64,000 nucleotides of DNA from Nitrososphaerota archaeon (GCA_009903775.1 WYEM01000040.1:14781-78780); one strand, 5' to 3'. Numbered from the stretch's first letter, positions 49,884 through 59,031 are shown. The notes: generated by a model from the letters alone, not told the origin. Numbers and translations: made by a program.

Positions 49884-49898
49884 GGCGCGTCTCCGGCT

Positions 49899-50585
49899 TT
49901 GGATGACAACATGGAGATCCACAGGGTGGCGCTCTACAACAACCCCAACATAGGAATATACTCGAGGGCCGATGACGAGTTCCTCCTGCTGCCCAGCGGC
50001 TTCCCCCTCGAGAAGGGGAGGCGCCTCGCGGACCTCCTGGGGAGCTCGCTGATCGAGATCTCGGTGGCCGGCACGAGGCTGCTGGGGCCGCTGAGCGTGA
50101 TGAACAGGAGCGGCGTCCTCCTCAGCTGGATGGCGGGCGAGGAGGAGCTGTCCGCCCTGAGGAGGGCCATGCCGGGCAGGGCGATCGAGCGCTTCCGCTC
50201 GAGGGCGACGGCCGTCGGCAACCTGCTGGCCGCCAACGACCGGGGCGCCATCGCGTCCAGCTCGCTCGGGGCGCAGGAGCTGTCCCAGATCAGGGACGTC
50301 CTGGACGTCGAGGTCGAGCCCATGAGGGTGGCCGGGTTCAGCCAGGTCGGCGCCGTCATCGCGGCCAACAACTTGGGCGCGCTCGTCCACCCGCTGGCCA
50401 GCGATGACGAGCTCTCCAGGATAGCCGAGGTCCTGAGGGTCAGGGACGTGGACCGCGGCACCGTCAACGAGGGCGTGCCCTTCGTCTCCTCCGGCATCAT
50501 AGCCAACGATCGGGCCGTGCTGGTCGGCTCCAAGACCACGGGGCCCGAGCTCTTCATCGTGAGCAAAGTCTTTAAGGGCGGCTAG
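49899..50585 (+). CDS. eif6: Translation initiation factor aIF6
   Basis: NPNIG, GN...ND.GA, GTVN.G and TTGPEL motifs. Confidence 0.95.
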   Translation: MDDNMEIHRVALYNNPNIGIYSRADDEFLLLPSGFPLEKGRRLADLLGSSLIEISVAGTRLLGPLSVMNRSGVLLSWMAGEEELSALRRAMPGRAIERFRSRATAVGNLLAANDRGAIASSSLGAQELSQIRDVLDVEVEPMRVAGFSQVGAVIAANNLGALVHPLASDDELSRIAEVLRVRDVDRGTVNEGVPFVSSGIIANDRAVLVGSKTTGPELFIVSKVFKGG

Positions 50586-50599
50586 GCGCCAGCGCCCTC

Positions 50600-51058
50600 G
50601 TGAGCGGTCAGGACAGGAGCCAGGAGCAGGAGCTCCAGACGCTCGCCTACAGCGTCAGGATACTCAGGGACTACCTGAGCGATCTGGTGTCGCGCGAGAC
50701 GCTCGTGTCCAGGCTCATAGCGGACCACAAGGCGGCCCTGGAGGCCATAGAGAGCCTCCCCAGCGGCGACGCGGAGGTCCCGTGCATGATGCCCCTGGGG
50801 GGCGGCGTGAGCGTCCCGGCCACCGTCAGGGGGTCCTCCATGTACCTAGTCGCGATCGGCGCCGGCGTCTTCATGAAGAAGGGCAGGGACGAGACCGTGG
50901 CCTTCCTGGACAGGAAGCTCAAGGAGCTCGAGTCCGCCCTGCGCGAGGTCGCCGAGCAGCGGAGGAGGGTCGAGGAGGAGCTGGCGAAGCTCGAGGACCG
51001 CATCAACGCGATCTACGGGGCCGCGGGGGCGGGGAGCGCGCGATGTTCGGCAAGCTGA
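50600..51058 (+). CDS. pfdA: Prefoldin alpha subunit (CGA 51041-51043 overlaps the ftsY ATG)
   Basis: Coiled coils flanking PLGGG..V.IGAG hairpins. Confidence 0.9.
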   Translation: MSGQDRSQEQELQTLAYSVRILRDYLSDLVSRETLVSRLIADHKAALEAIESLPSGDAEVPCMMPLGGGVSVPATVRGSSMYLVAIGAGVFMKKGRDETVAFLDRKLKELESALREVAEQRRRVEEELAKLEDRINAIYGAAGAGSARCSAS

Positions 51059-51981
51059 GGGAGGCCCTCTCGGACCTCAGGAGGGCCCTCTCCACGAAGG
51101 AGCTGAGCGAGGAGGAGGTTTCGGCGGCCCTCGAGGACCTCAAGTGGCGACTAATAGAGGGCGAGGTCGCGCTGGACGCGGCCGAGGGGCTCGCGCGCGA
51201 CCTCAGGGGGGCCCTCCTGGGCGCGAAGGTCAGGCGCGGGCACCAGGAGGAGGACGTGTCCTCCCTGGTGAGGGAGGTCCTCCTGTCGTGGCTGAGGCCC
51301 CTCGAGGCGCCCCCGCTCGAGGAGGGGGTGAGGCGCGCCAGGCCCTACGTCGCGGTCTTCCTCGGGATCAATGGCGGCGGCAAGACGACCACGATCGCGA
51401 AGGTGGCGTACGCCCTGAAGAGGAGCGGGCTCAGGCCGATAATAGCGGCGGCCGACACCTTCAGGGCCGGCGCCATAGAGCAGCTGAGCCTCCACGCGCA
51501 GAGGATAGGGGTCGAGGTGGTGTCCCAGGGGTACGGCGCCGACCCGGCCGCGGTGGCGAGGGACGCGGTGGAGCGCGCGTCTTCGAGGCGCTACGACGCG
51601 GTCCTCGTGGACACCGCGGGGCGCATGTACACGAAGTCCCACCTGATGGACGAGCTCAGGAAGATAGTGGAGGTCTCCGGCGCTCACGAGAGGATAATGA
51701 TAGTGGACGCGCTGACCGGCAACGACGCGGTCTCGCAGGCGAAGGAGTTCGACGCGGCCGTGGGCGTCGACAGCGTGATCGTCACGAAGGTGGACGCGGA
51801 CGTCAGGGGCGGCGTCGTGCTGACCCTGGCCTACGAGCTCCGGAGGCCGATCAGGTACCTCGGGGTCGGCCAGGGATACGAGGACCTGAGGCCCTTCAGC
51901 GCCGAGGCCCTCGTGGGGGAGCTGCTGGGCGGCCGAGGCCGATGGGACGTCGCCGCAGGTGGCCCTCCTCCGCGAGCCTGA
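51043..51981 (+). CDS. ftsY: SRP receptor FtsY (ends 51936 if CGA terminates)
   Basis: GINGGGKTTT, DTFRAGA.EQL, DTAGR, TKVD and GVGQ.Y.DL.PF motifs. Confidence 0.96.
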   Translation: MFGKLREALSDLRRALSTKELSEEEVSAALEDLKWRLIEGEVALDAAEGLARDLRGALLGAKVRRGHQEEDVSSLVREVLLSWLRPLEAPPLEEGVRRARPYVAVFLGINGGGKTTTIAKVAYALKRSGLRPIIAAADTFRAGAIEQLSLHAQRIGVEVVSQGYGADPAAVARDAVERASSRRYDAVLVDTAGRMYTKSHLMDELRKIVEVSGAHERIMIVDALTGNDAVSQAKEFDAAVGVDSVIVTKVDADVRGGVVLTLAYELRRPIRYLGVGQGYEDLRPFSAEALVGELLGGRGRWDVAAGGPPPRA

Positions 51982-52864
51982 CGAGGATCGCCTTCTGCAC
52001 GTGGAGCCTGTTCCCGGCCTGGTCGAATACCACGGAGCTCTCGGAGTCCATGACCGCGTCCTCCACCTCCTCTCCCCTGTGGGCCGGGAGGCAGTGCATG
52101 AATATGGAGCGCTTGCCGGTCCTCGACATGAGCTCCTCCGTGACGCGATAGCGCGGGAGGAAAGCCCTGAGCCTGGCCTCGCGCTCGGACTCCTGCCCCA
52201 TGCTGATGAACACGTCGGTGTAGACGACGTCCGCGCCGCGCACAGCCTCCTCCGGGTCCTCGTAGACCAGGACGTCTCCGCCTAGGTCCCGCACCCTGCT
52301 TATGAGGGCGCGTGAGGGACCGTAGCCCCTGGGGGACGCTATGCGCACCTCGACCCCGAGGATGGCGCCGAGAAGAGCCAGCGAGTTGAAGACGTTGGTG
52401 GAGTCGCCTATGAAGGCCAGGACCACCCCCCTCAGCCTGCCCAGCTTCTCCCTCACAGTGTAGTAGTCGGACAGCGCCTGGCAGGGGTGCTCCAGGTCCG
52501 AGAGCGCGTTTATGACCGGGATCCTCGCGGCCGCCGCCATCCTCTCCAGCGTGTCGTGGCGGCTGACCCTTGCCACTATCGCGCTGACGTAGCGCTCAAG
52601 CGTGCGCGCGGTGTCCTCGACGCTCTCCCCCCTGGACAGCTGGGTGGTCGTGTAGTCCAAGTACACGGGGTGGCCGCCCAGCTGGCTCACCCCGACCTCG
52701 AAGCTCACCCTGGTCCTGGTCGAGGGCCTCTCGAACAGGAGCGCCACGGCGCGCCCCTCCAGCGCCCTCGATAGGGGGACTGCCCGCAGGTGATCGGCGA
52801 GGGAGTATATCGCCTCGACGTCCGAGGGCTCGAGGTCGGAGGCGGACAGGAGATCCTTCCTCAC
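51896..52864 (-). CDS. argF: Ornithine carbamoyltransferase (ends 51950 if CGA terminates)
   Basis: STRTR, HPCQ, SMG, HCLP and NRLH.QKA motifs. Confidence 0.96.
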   Translation of the reverse strand: MRKDLLSASDLEPSDVEAIYSLADHLRAVPLSRALEGRAVALLFERPSTRTRVSFEVGVSQLGGHPVYLDYTTTQLSRGESVEDTARTLERYVSAIVARVSRHDTLERMAAAARIPVINALSDLEHPCQALSDYYTVREKLGRLRGVVLAFIGDSTNVFNSLALLGAILGVEVRIASPRGYGPSRALISRVRDLGGDVLVYEDPEEAVRGADVVYTDVFISMGQESEREARLRAFLPRYRVTEELMSRTGKRSIFMHCLPAHRGEEVEDAVMDSESSVVFDQAGNRLHVQKAILVRLAEEGHLRRRPIGLGRPAAPPRGPRR

Positions 52865-52917
52865 GCATCACATCCGGCGGTGCAATGCTTAATTAAATCT
52901 TGATCCGCGCAGGGGGC

Positions 52918-53151
52918 GTGAAGGGCGCCGGCTCCAAGGATCGGGGCAGGAGGGAGCGGCCCCGGAGGGAGGGCAGCGGGCTCCGCGAGCGCTGGGAGTC
53001 CGTGATCAGGGTGTTCAGGTACAGCAGGAAGCCGGGAGGCGACGAGTACGCTCTGTTCCTGAGGGTCGTCGGGCTGGCGCTGCTGGTGGTCGGCGGCATC
53101 GCGTTCATAATACACTTAATAGCGACCGTTATCTCGGGCGCTATACGATGA
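52918..53151 (+). CDS. secE: Protein translocase SecE/Sec61-gamma
   Basis: RV...RKP..DEY plus TM helix; ends ATA-CGA-TGA. Confidence 0.88.
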   Translation: MKGAGSKDRGRRERPRREGSGLRERWESVIRVFRYSRKPGGDEYALFLRVVGLALLVVGGIAFIIHLIATVISGAIR

Positions 53152-53657
53152 GCGACTCCGCAGGGGCGGGGCGCCCAGGAGGCGCCGGAGCTCAGCTGTT
53201 CGCGGTCAAGGTGGCGAGCGGGCAGGAGGCCAACGTGGCTAAGCTGATCGCCACCAGGGTGCAACTCAGGGGGCTGAAGGTCTACTCGATCCTCGTGCTC
53301 CCGAGGATCAGGGGATACGTCGTGCTCGAGGCCGACGGCATAGAGAGCGTGAATGAGGCGGTGGCCGGCGTGAAGAACGTGAAGTCCGTGATGCCCGGGA
53401 TGTTCAAGGTGAGCGACCTGGAGCCGATGCTGAGCAGGAAGAAGGAGGAGATCAAGCTGGAGCCCGGCGAGCTCGTCGAGGTGACGTCCGGGCCCTTCAA
53501 GGGGATGAGGGCGCGCGTGGTCAGGTTCGAGGAGAGCAAGAAGGAGGCGACGGTGAACCTCATGGACGTGCCCTATCAGCTCCAGGTGACCGTGAACGCG
53601 AACTACCTGAGGAAGATCGAGGAGCGACGCGCGCCCCCCGGCTCAGAACCCTTATAA
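53148..53657 (+). CDS. spt5: Transcription elongation factor Spt5/NusG (ends 53627 if CGA terminates)
   Basis: GQE.NVA, GYV..E and KOW GELVEV.SGPFKG motifs. Confidence 0.95.
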   Translation: MSDSAGAGRPGGAGAQLFAVKVASGQEANVAKLIATRVQLRGLKVYSILVLPRIRGYVVLEADGIESVNEAVAGVKNVKSVMPGMFKVSDLEPMLSRKKEEIKLEPGELVEVTSGPFKGMRARVVRFEESKKEATVNLMDVPYQLQVTVNANYLRKIEERRAPPGSEPL

Positions 53658-53683
53658 GGGTCCGCCGGTGAGCCGGGTTCATC

Positions 53684-54178
53684 ATGGCTGAGAAGAAGAC
53701 GCTGTCCTTCATAGTCGATGGGGGTCAGGCCACGGGCGGGCCGCCCATAGGGCCCGCCCTGGGCCCCCTCGGGCTCAACGTGATGCAGGTCGTCAAGAGG
53801 ATAAACGAGCTGACGGCCGACTTCCGCGGAATGAAGGTGCCGGTGAAGGTCCACGTGGACCAGGAGACGAAGGAGTTCGAGGTGGAGGTGGGGGTGCCGA
53901 CCACCACCGCGCTGCTGATCAAGGAGGCGGGCGTGGAGAAGGGGTCATCGCAGCCCGGGAAGGAGTTCGTCGGCAACGTGACCATGGAGCAGGTGGTGAA
54001 GATCGCCAAGCTGAAGATGCCCGAGATGAACTCGGCGGACCTCAAGTCCGCTGTGAAGGAGGTCATAGGCGCCTGCGTCAGCCTCGGACTGAAGGTGGAG
54101 GGCAGACCTCCCAAGGAGGCGATGAGGGAGCTGGAGAGCGGCGCCTGGGACTCCCTCCTGAGGGGGTCCGCGGGCTGA
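53684..54178 (+). CDS. rpl11: Ribosomal protein L11
   Basis: GGQATGGPPIGPALGPLG motif. Confidence 0.97.
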   Translation: MAEKKTLSFIVDGGQATGGPPIGPALGPLGLNVMQVVKRINELTADFRGMKVPVKVHVDQETKEFEVEVGVPTTTALLIKEAGVEKGSSQPGKEFVGNVTMEQVVKIAKLKMPEMNSADLKSAVKEVIGACVSLGLKVEGRPPKEAMRELESGAWDSLLRGSAG

Positions 54179-54189
54179 GGCGATGCGCC

Positions 54190-54843
54190 ATGGATAGGGA
54201 TGAGATCCTCAGGCTCATCGGGGAGGCGCGCGCCAAGGCGGGCAGGCGCGGATTCAAGCAGTCGTTCGACCTCTACGTCGTGCTCGACGCCAACAGGATC
54301 AAGAAGGAGGAGATACAGCTGAACGAGGTGGTGCCGCTACCTCACGGGTTCTCCCGCGCGCCCAGGGTGGCGGTGATAGCAGGGGGCGACGCGGCACTGA
54401 GGGCGAAGGACGCCGGAGCCGACGCCGTCATACCCCCGGAGGAGGTGGACCGCATCTCCACGAGCAGGAGCGAGGTGAGGAGGCTGGTCAAGTCGTACGA
54501 CTTCTTCCTCGCGGAGGCGGCCCTAATGCCGAGGGTGGGGAGGACGCTCGGCAGGTACCTCGGGCCCAGGGGCAAGATGCCGATCCCGGTGCCCTCCAGC
54601 TCCCAGATGGCTGCCGCGATCGCGCGCGCGAGGTCGAGCGTCAGGGTGCGCGCCAGGGGCCAGTTCTCGCTCGCGGTCAAGGTGGGCGATGAGGGCATGA
54701 GCGACGAGGAGATAGCCGACAACGCGATGGCCGTCCTCGAGGCGCTGAGGAACAAGCTGCCGCAGGGCGAGAGGGCCATCAGGAAGGTTGTGGTGAAGGC
54801 CACGATGGGCAAGCCCGTGGAGGCGGTGGTGACCAGCGCTTGA
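54190..54843 (+). CDS. rpl1: Ribosomal protein L1
   Basis: R.F.QS.DL, LGPRGKMP and K.TMG motifs. Confidence 0.96.
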   Translation: MDRDEILRLIGEARAKAGRRGFKQSFDLYVVLDANRIKKEEIQLNEVVPLPHGFSRAPRVAVIAGGDAALRAKDAGADAVIPPEEVDRISTSRSEVRRLVKSYDFFLAEAALMPRVGRTLGRYLGPRGKMPIPVPSSSQMAAAIARARSSVRVRARGQFSLAVKVGDEGMSDEEIADNAMAVLEALRNKLPQGERAIRKVVVKATMGKPVEAVVTSA

Positions 54844-55712
54844 GCGTGGTGGCCGCGCAACGCAGATATGGCGGGAAGAAGGGCGAGCTCTACGCCAAGC
54901 TGCAGAGGCTGCCGAGGGAGTACTCCGTCATAGGGGTATCCAAGCTCTACAAGGTGAAGGCTTCGCTGATCAACGAGGTACGCAGGAAGCTCCGGGGCAA
55001 GGTCGTGATGCTGGGGATCAAGAATAGGCTGGCGCTCAAGGCGCTGAGGGAGGCGGGGCTGGAGGGCGTGGACCAGCTGGAGCCCTACCTTAGGGGCCAG
55101 ACGATGCTGATCTTCACCAACATGAACCCCTTCGAGCTGAGCCTCCTCCTCGAGAAGTCAAAGGTCGAGATGCCCGCTAAGGCGGGCGACGTGGCGACCT
55201 CCGACATCGTGGTGCCCAGCGGCAACACCGGGCTGCAGCCGGGGCCCGTGCTGAGCTCCTTCAAGCAGTTCAAGATACCCACTAGGATAGAGAGCGGCAG
55301 CATATTCGTGACCCAGGACACGGTGGTGGCCAAGGCCGGCGAGACGATATCAGCTGACCTAGCCGCGCTCCTCTCGAAGCTGGGAATCAAGCCGATAAGG
55401 CGCGGCATATCGCTCGAGGTGATATACTGGAAGGGTAGAATTATCCCGGGCGAGCAGCTGAGGATAAATCCGGAGGCCTACGCCGACGAGCTGAGGGCCG
55501 CGCACGCGGAGGCCCTGGCGCTGGCGGTGGGCATAGGCTACCCGACGCCGGAGGTGCTGCCCGCGCTCCTGATCAGGGCAAGCGCAGAGGCGAACGCTCT
55601 GGCCAGCAGCGCAGGATACGTGACCGATGAGAACGCGGCGGCTGTCCTGGCCGCCGCGCATGCGCAGGCGGAGGCCCTGGCCCGGGTCCTCAGGTCCAAG
55701 GGCTGGTCCTAG
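54840..55712 (+). CDS. rpl10: Ribosomal protein L10/P0
   Basis: KN.L, NPF, AKAG, TGL.PGP and LGIKP motifs. Confidence 0.96.
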   Translation: MSVVAAQRRYGGKKGELYAKLQRLPREYSVIGVSKLYKVKASLINEVRRKLRGKVVMLGIKNRLALKALREAGLEGVDQLEPYLRGQTMLIFTNMNPFELSLLLEKSKVEMPAKAGDVATSDIVVPSGNTGLQPGPVLSSFKQFKIPTRIESGSIFVTQDTVVAKAGETISADLAALLSKLGIKPIRRGISLEVIYWKGRIIPGEQLRINPEAYADELRAAHAEALALAVGIGYPTPEVLPALLIRASAEANALASSAGYVTDENAAAVLAAAHAQAEALARVLRSKGWS

Positions 55713-55780
55713 GGCAGTCCTGATCATCGGAAATATCCCGTGGAACCACGATCGAGTGGCTTTGATCTGATAGGCCCGGA

Positions 55781-56164
55781 CGAGCGGATCGCCCCATACG
55801 CCGTGGGCAGCCGCGTAACCAAGTCCGCCGGGCTCGAGGCCGACCTCCCACCACGCTTACGCCGCCCGCCAGGGCGCCGCCGGGAGTGCCCACTCCCTCC
55901 TCGGGCCGAGGGAGAGGGGCGGGGCATTAGCCTACCCTGAGGTCAGGGGCGTCAGCACGTGGCTCGACGACCACTGGAGGGCAGACTCGGGGCACCGACC
56001 TCCTCCTGAGTGCCCCGCGCCGCCTGAGGCTGTTCCCGTGGATGGGGCCCCTTGCCGTTGGGCCCGACGGCCGCCCATGGGCCCACTCCGATAGCCCTTG
56101 AGGAGTGGGCGAGGTGGAGGTCCCCGGGTGCCCAGGAATTATCGCATATCTAGGGACGGATGGA
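55781..56164 (+). mobile_element. Internally deleted TnpB remnant, copy 2
   Basis: Near-identical to 22857-23175 and ends at the same CTAGGGACGGATGGA. Confidence 0.7.
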
Positions 56165-56206
56165 TGGGCGCGGTATCTTATTAAACGCCGGCTGACGGTG
56201 CAGCAC

Positions 56207-56716
56207 GTGCGCACCGGCCTGTTCGTGGGCAGGTTCCAGCCGTTCCACAGGGGACATCTGGAGGCCGTCAAGTACGCCCTCGGCGTGGTGGATCGCCTGG
56301 TGATCGTGATAGGGAGCGCCCAGAGGAACTATGAACCGCGCAACCCGTTCACGTTGGGCGAGAGGATCGAGATGATCTGGAGGACCCTCAGGGCCGAGGG
56401 GCTGCTGGACAGGGTGCTCATGGTGCCGGTGCAGGACGTCGAGAACCACGCAACATGGGTCAGGCTCGTCGTGACTTCCGTGCCGGAGTTCTCAATAGTC
56501 TTCTCCAACGATCAGCTGACGCTCGAGCTGTTCCGGGCCGAGGGCTACGAGGCCGTGGAGGTGCCGCTCGTCAATCGCCCCCTCTACATGGCGACCGAGG
56601 TGAGGCAGAGGATGGCTAACGGAGGCAGGTGGGAGGACCTCGTGCCCGCCCCCGTGGCGGAGTACCTGCGGAGCATAGGCGCCGTTGAGAGGGTGCGGAG
56701 GCTCATGAGAGATTAG
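56207..56716 (+). CDS. nadM: Nicotinamide-nucleotide adenylyltransferase
   Basis: GRFQPFH.GH, GSAQ and NPFT.GER motifs. Confidence 0.95.
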   Translation: MRTGLFVGRFQPFHRGHLEAVKYALGVVDRLVIVIGSAQRNYEPRNPFTLGERIEMIWRTLRAEGLLDRVLMVPVQDVENHATWVRLVVTSVPEFSIVFSNDQLTLELFRAEGYEAVEVPLVNRPLYMATEVRQRMANGGRWEDLVPAPVAEYLRSIGAVERVRRLMRD

Positions 56717-56762
56717 CGCGCTCCGTGAACGTTTTTATGTGAGCTGGGCCGCGGCGGCCGGG

Positions 56763-57947
56763 ATGGTGACGGCCACGGATAACTCGTTCTACCCCAGGCG
56801 CAAGCTCGTGATGCTCCCCGGCCCCACGAACGTCCCTGAGAGGATACTCCTGGCCATGGCCAGGCCCATGATAAACCACAGGGGTCCCGAGTTCCACCAG
56901 CTGTACGAGGGCATACTCAGGAAATCCAAGGAGCTATTCAGGACGAAGGAGGGCGAGGTCGTCGTCATATCCGCGTCGGGCACGGGCGGCGTGGAGGCCG
57001 CGGCGCTGAACGTCGTGAGGCCCGGCGACAAGGTCGTAGTGCCCGTTTTCGGGGAGTTCGGCGAGAGGATGGTGGAGCACGTGAAGCGCGCCGGGGGCTC
57101 GGTCGTGGAGGTCAGGGCCCCCTACGGGACCGCCCCCGAGCCGTCCGAGGTGGAGAGGGCCCTGAAGTCGTCCGGCGCCAAGGCGCTGTTCGTGGTGTAC
57201 AACGACACGTCGCCGGGCGTCACGTATAGGTGGCTGAGGGACGTTTCCAGGGCGGCCAAGGACGTGGGCGCGTTCGTAGTGGTCGACGCGATCTCGGTCT
57301 TCGGCGGTGACGAGCTGCCCCAGGACGATTGGGGTATCGATATGGTCGTGGCGGGCGCCCAGAAATGCCTCAGCCTGCCCCCAGGCATAACCCTCATCTC
57401 CGTGAGCAGGGAGCTCAAGGACTACATATCGCGCAATCCGCCGTCGACCACAATATACTTCGACCTCAGCAAGTACTTCGAGTTCAACAAGAAGCTGGAG
57501 ATCCCGTTCACGCCGGCGATCCCGATATTCTACGCGCTCGACGAATCCCTGAACATGGTCCTGGAGGAGGGCCTGGACAAGAGGATAGAGAGGCACCGCT
57601 TGGCGGCCGGCGCGTATTACAGCGCCCTGGAGGCGGCTGGCCTCAAGCCGTTCGTCGAGCCGCGCGTCAGGTCCAACGTGGTGATAGCCGTCCAGTATCC
57701 GCCCGGGGTCGACGATGCGGTCTTCAGGGATCTGCTGGACAGGAAGTTCGGGGTCGTTGTCGCCGGCGGCTTCGGGAGCCTGAGGGGCAAGATCTTCAGG
57801 ATAGGCAACATGGGCGACATCAGCCCGATAAATATAACCCAGACGCTGCTGGGGATAGCGGGCGCGCTTTCGGATCTGGGCGTGAGGGTGGACGCGTCGG
57901 CGATGCTCGCGGCGGCGAGGGATTACCTGAAGCCGCTGATGAGCTGA
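56763..57947 (+). CDS. Class V aminotransferase (serine-pyruvate/alanine-glyoxylate type)
   Basis: PGPT, HR, SGTG, DAIS, GAQK...PPG and FRIGNMG motifs. Confidence 0.93.
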   Translation: MVTATDNSFYPRRKLVMLPGPTNVPERILLAMARPMINHRGPEFHQLYEGILRKSKELFRTKEGEVVVISASGTGGVEAAALNVVRPGDKVVVPVFGEFGERMVEHVKRAGGSVVEVRAPYGTAPEPSEVERALKSSGAKALFVVYNDTSPGVTYRWLRDVSRAAKDVGAFVVVDAISVFGGDELPQDDWGIDMVVAGAQKCLSLPPGITLISVSRELKDYISRNPPSTTIYFDLSKYFEFNKKLEIPFTPAIPIFYALDESLNMVLEEGLDKRIERHRLAAGAYYSALEAAGLKPFVEPRVRSNVVIAVQYPPGVDDAVFRDLLDRKFGVVVAGGFGSLRGKIFRIGNMGDISPINITQTLLGIAGALSDLGVRVDASAMLAAARDYLKPLMS

Positions 57948-58164
57948 TCGGCATCGATGGCCCCTGCCTCCCTCTGCGTTTCGCGCGAACGGATCGAGGC
58001 CGCGAGTGACGCTCCTCGCGTTTGCCGCGCGAGCGCCGCAGTCGCGGCGACGCCCATCCAGATACGCGCATGCCGCATCAGCGGCGCTCAATCTCCTCGG
58101 CTTCAGGGGGATGGCGTGGCAAGCAACCTTTATAAAACGATCCGATAGTTCATGGCCGACAGCC

Positions 58165-59031
58165 TTGGAGAAGGGCTCGCTGGTTTACATTAATTATACT
58201 TTAAGGATAAAAGACGAGGGTAAAGTGGTCGATACCACGCTTGAGGATGTCGCCAAGCAGGCTGGCATATACAATCCCGAGGTCAGGTACGAACCCTCAT
58301 TGGTAGCGGTGGGCGACGGATGGGTGGTACCTGGGCTGGATGAGGCGCTGCTGCAGATGTCAGAGGGCGAGAAGAGGACGCTCGAAGTTCCGCCGGAGAA
58401 GGCATATGGCCAGAGGGACCCCGCGAGGATAAAGCTGATACCCCTCAGGAAGTTCGGCGCCGATGCCTCCAAGATGCGCGTGGGCGACCAGGTGGACGTC
58501 GGCGGCCAGGTGGGCGTCGTGAGCTACATAGGGTCCGGCCGCGTCGCGATCGACTTCAATCACAGGCTGGCCGGCAAGACGCTGATATATGACGTCGAGG
58601 TCGTGAAGGCACTGAAGGATGTCGGCGAGAAGGTCAGGGCGCTGGTGTCGTACACGCTCAAGATACGCGAGGGTGACATAGTAGTATCAACCGATGCGGA
58701 GTCCGCCACGGTGACGCTGCCGGTCGATAAATACAATGAGGGGGCTTATTACATGAGGAGAATAGCCGCGAGCTACGTTTTCAAGTACGTGCCAGGCATT
58801 AAGAGGCTCGTTTTCCAGGAGATCTATGAGAAGCCAGCAGAGGAAAGCGCTAAGCCAGCAGAGGAAAGCGCTAAGCCAGCAGAGGAAAGCGCTAAGCCAG
58901 CAGAGGAAAGCGCTAAGCCAGCAGAGGAAAGCGCTAAGCCAGCAGAGGAAAGCGAGCGCGGGAGGAGGCGCAGGCGCTCCGCGCCGAAATCTCAGGCTAC
59001 CTCTAATTCGTCCACAAGAGAGCAGGCCTGA
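58165..59031 (+). CDS. Long-type FKBP peptidyl-prolyl isomerase
   Basis: GLDEAL, PPEKAYG and DFNH.LAGK motifs; TTG start after TTTATAAA. Confidence 0.93.
   Translation: MEKGSLVYINYTLRIKDEGKVVDTTLEDVAKQAGIYNPEVRYEPSLVAVGDGWVVPGLDEALLQMSEGEKRTLEVPPEKAYGQRDPARIKLIPLRKFGADASKMRVGDQVDVGGQVGVVSYIGSGRVAIDFNHRLAGKTLIYDVEVVKALKDVGEKVRALVSYTLKIREGDIVVSTDAESATVTLPVDKYNEGAYYMRRIAASYVFKYVPGIKRLVFQEIYEKPAEESAKPAEESAKPAEESAKPAEESAKPAEESAKPAEESERGRRRRRSAPKSQATSNSSTREQA
58831..58954 (+). repeat. Perfect 21-bp tandem repeat (about 5.9 copies, KPAEESA)
   Basis: AAGCCAGCAGAGGAAAGCGCT repeated without mismatch. Confidence 0.97.

Noticed and set aside
58831-58954. Repeat array as CRISPR
   Set aside because: There are no spacers and it is an in-frame coding VNTR; no CRISPR array or cas gene was seen in the window.
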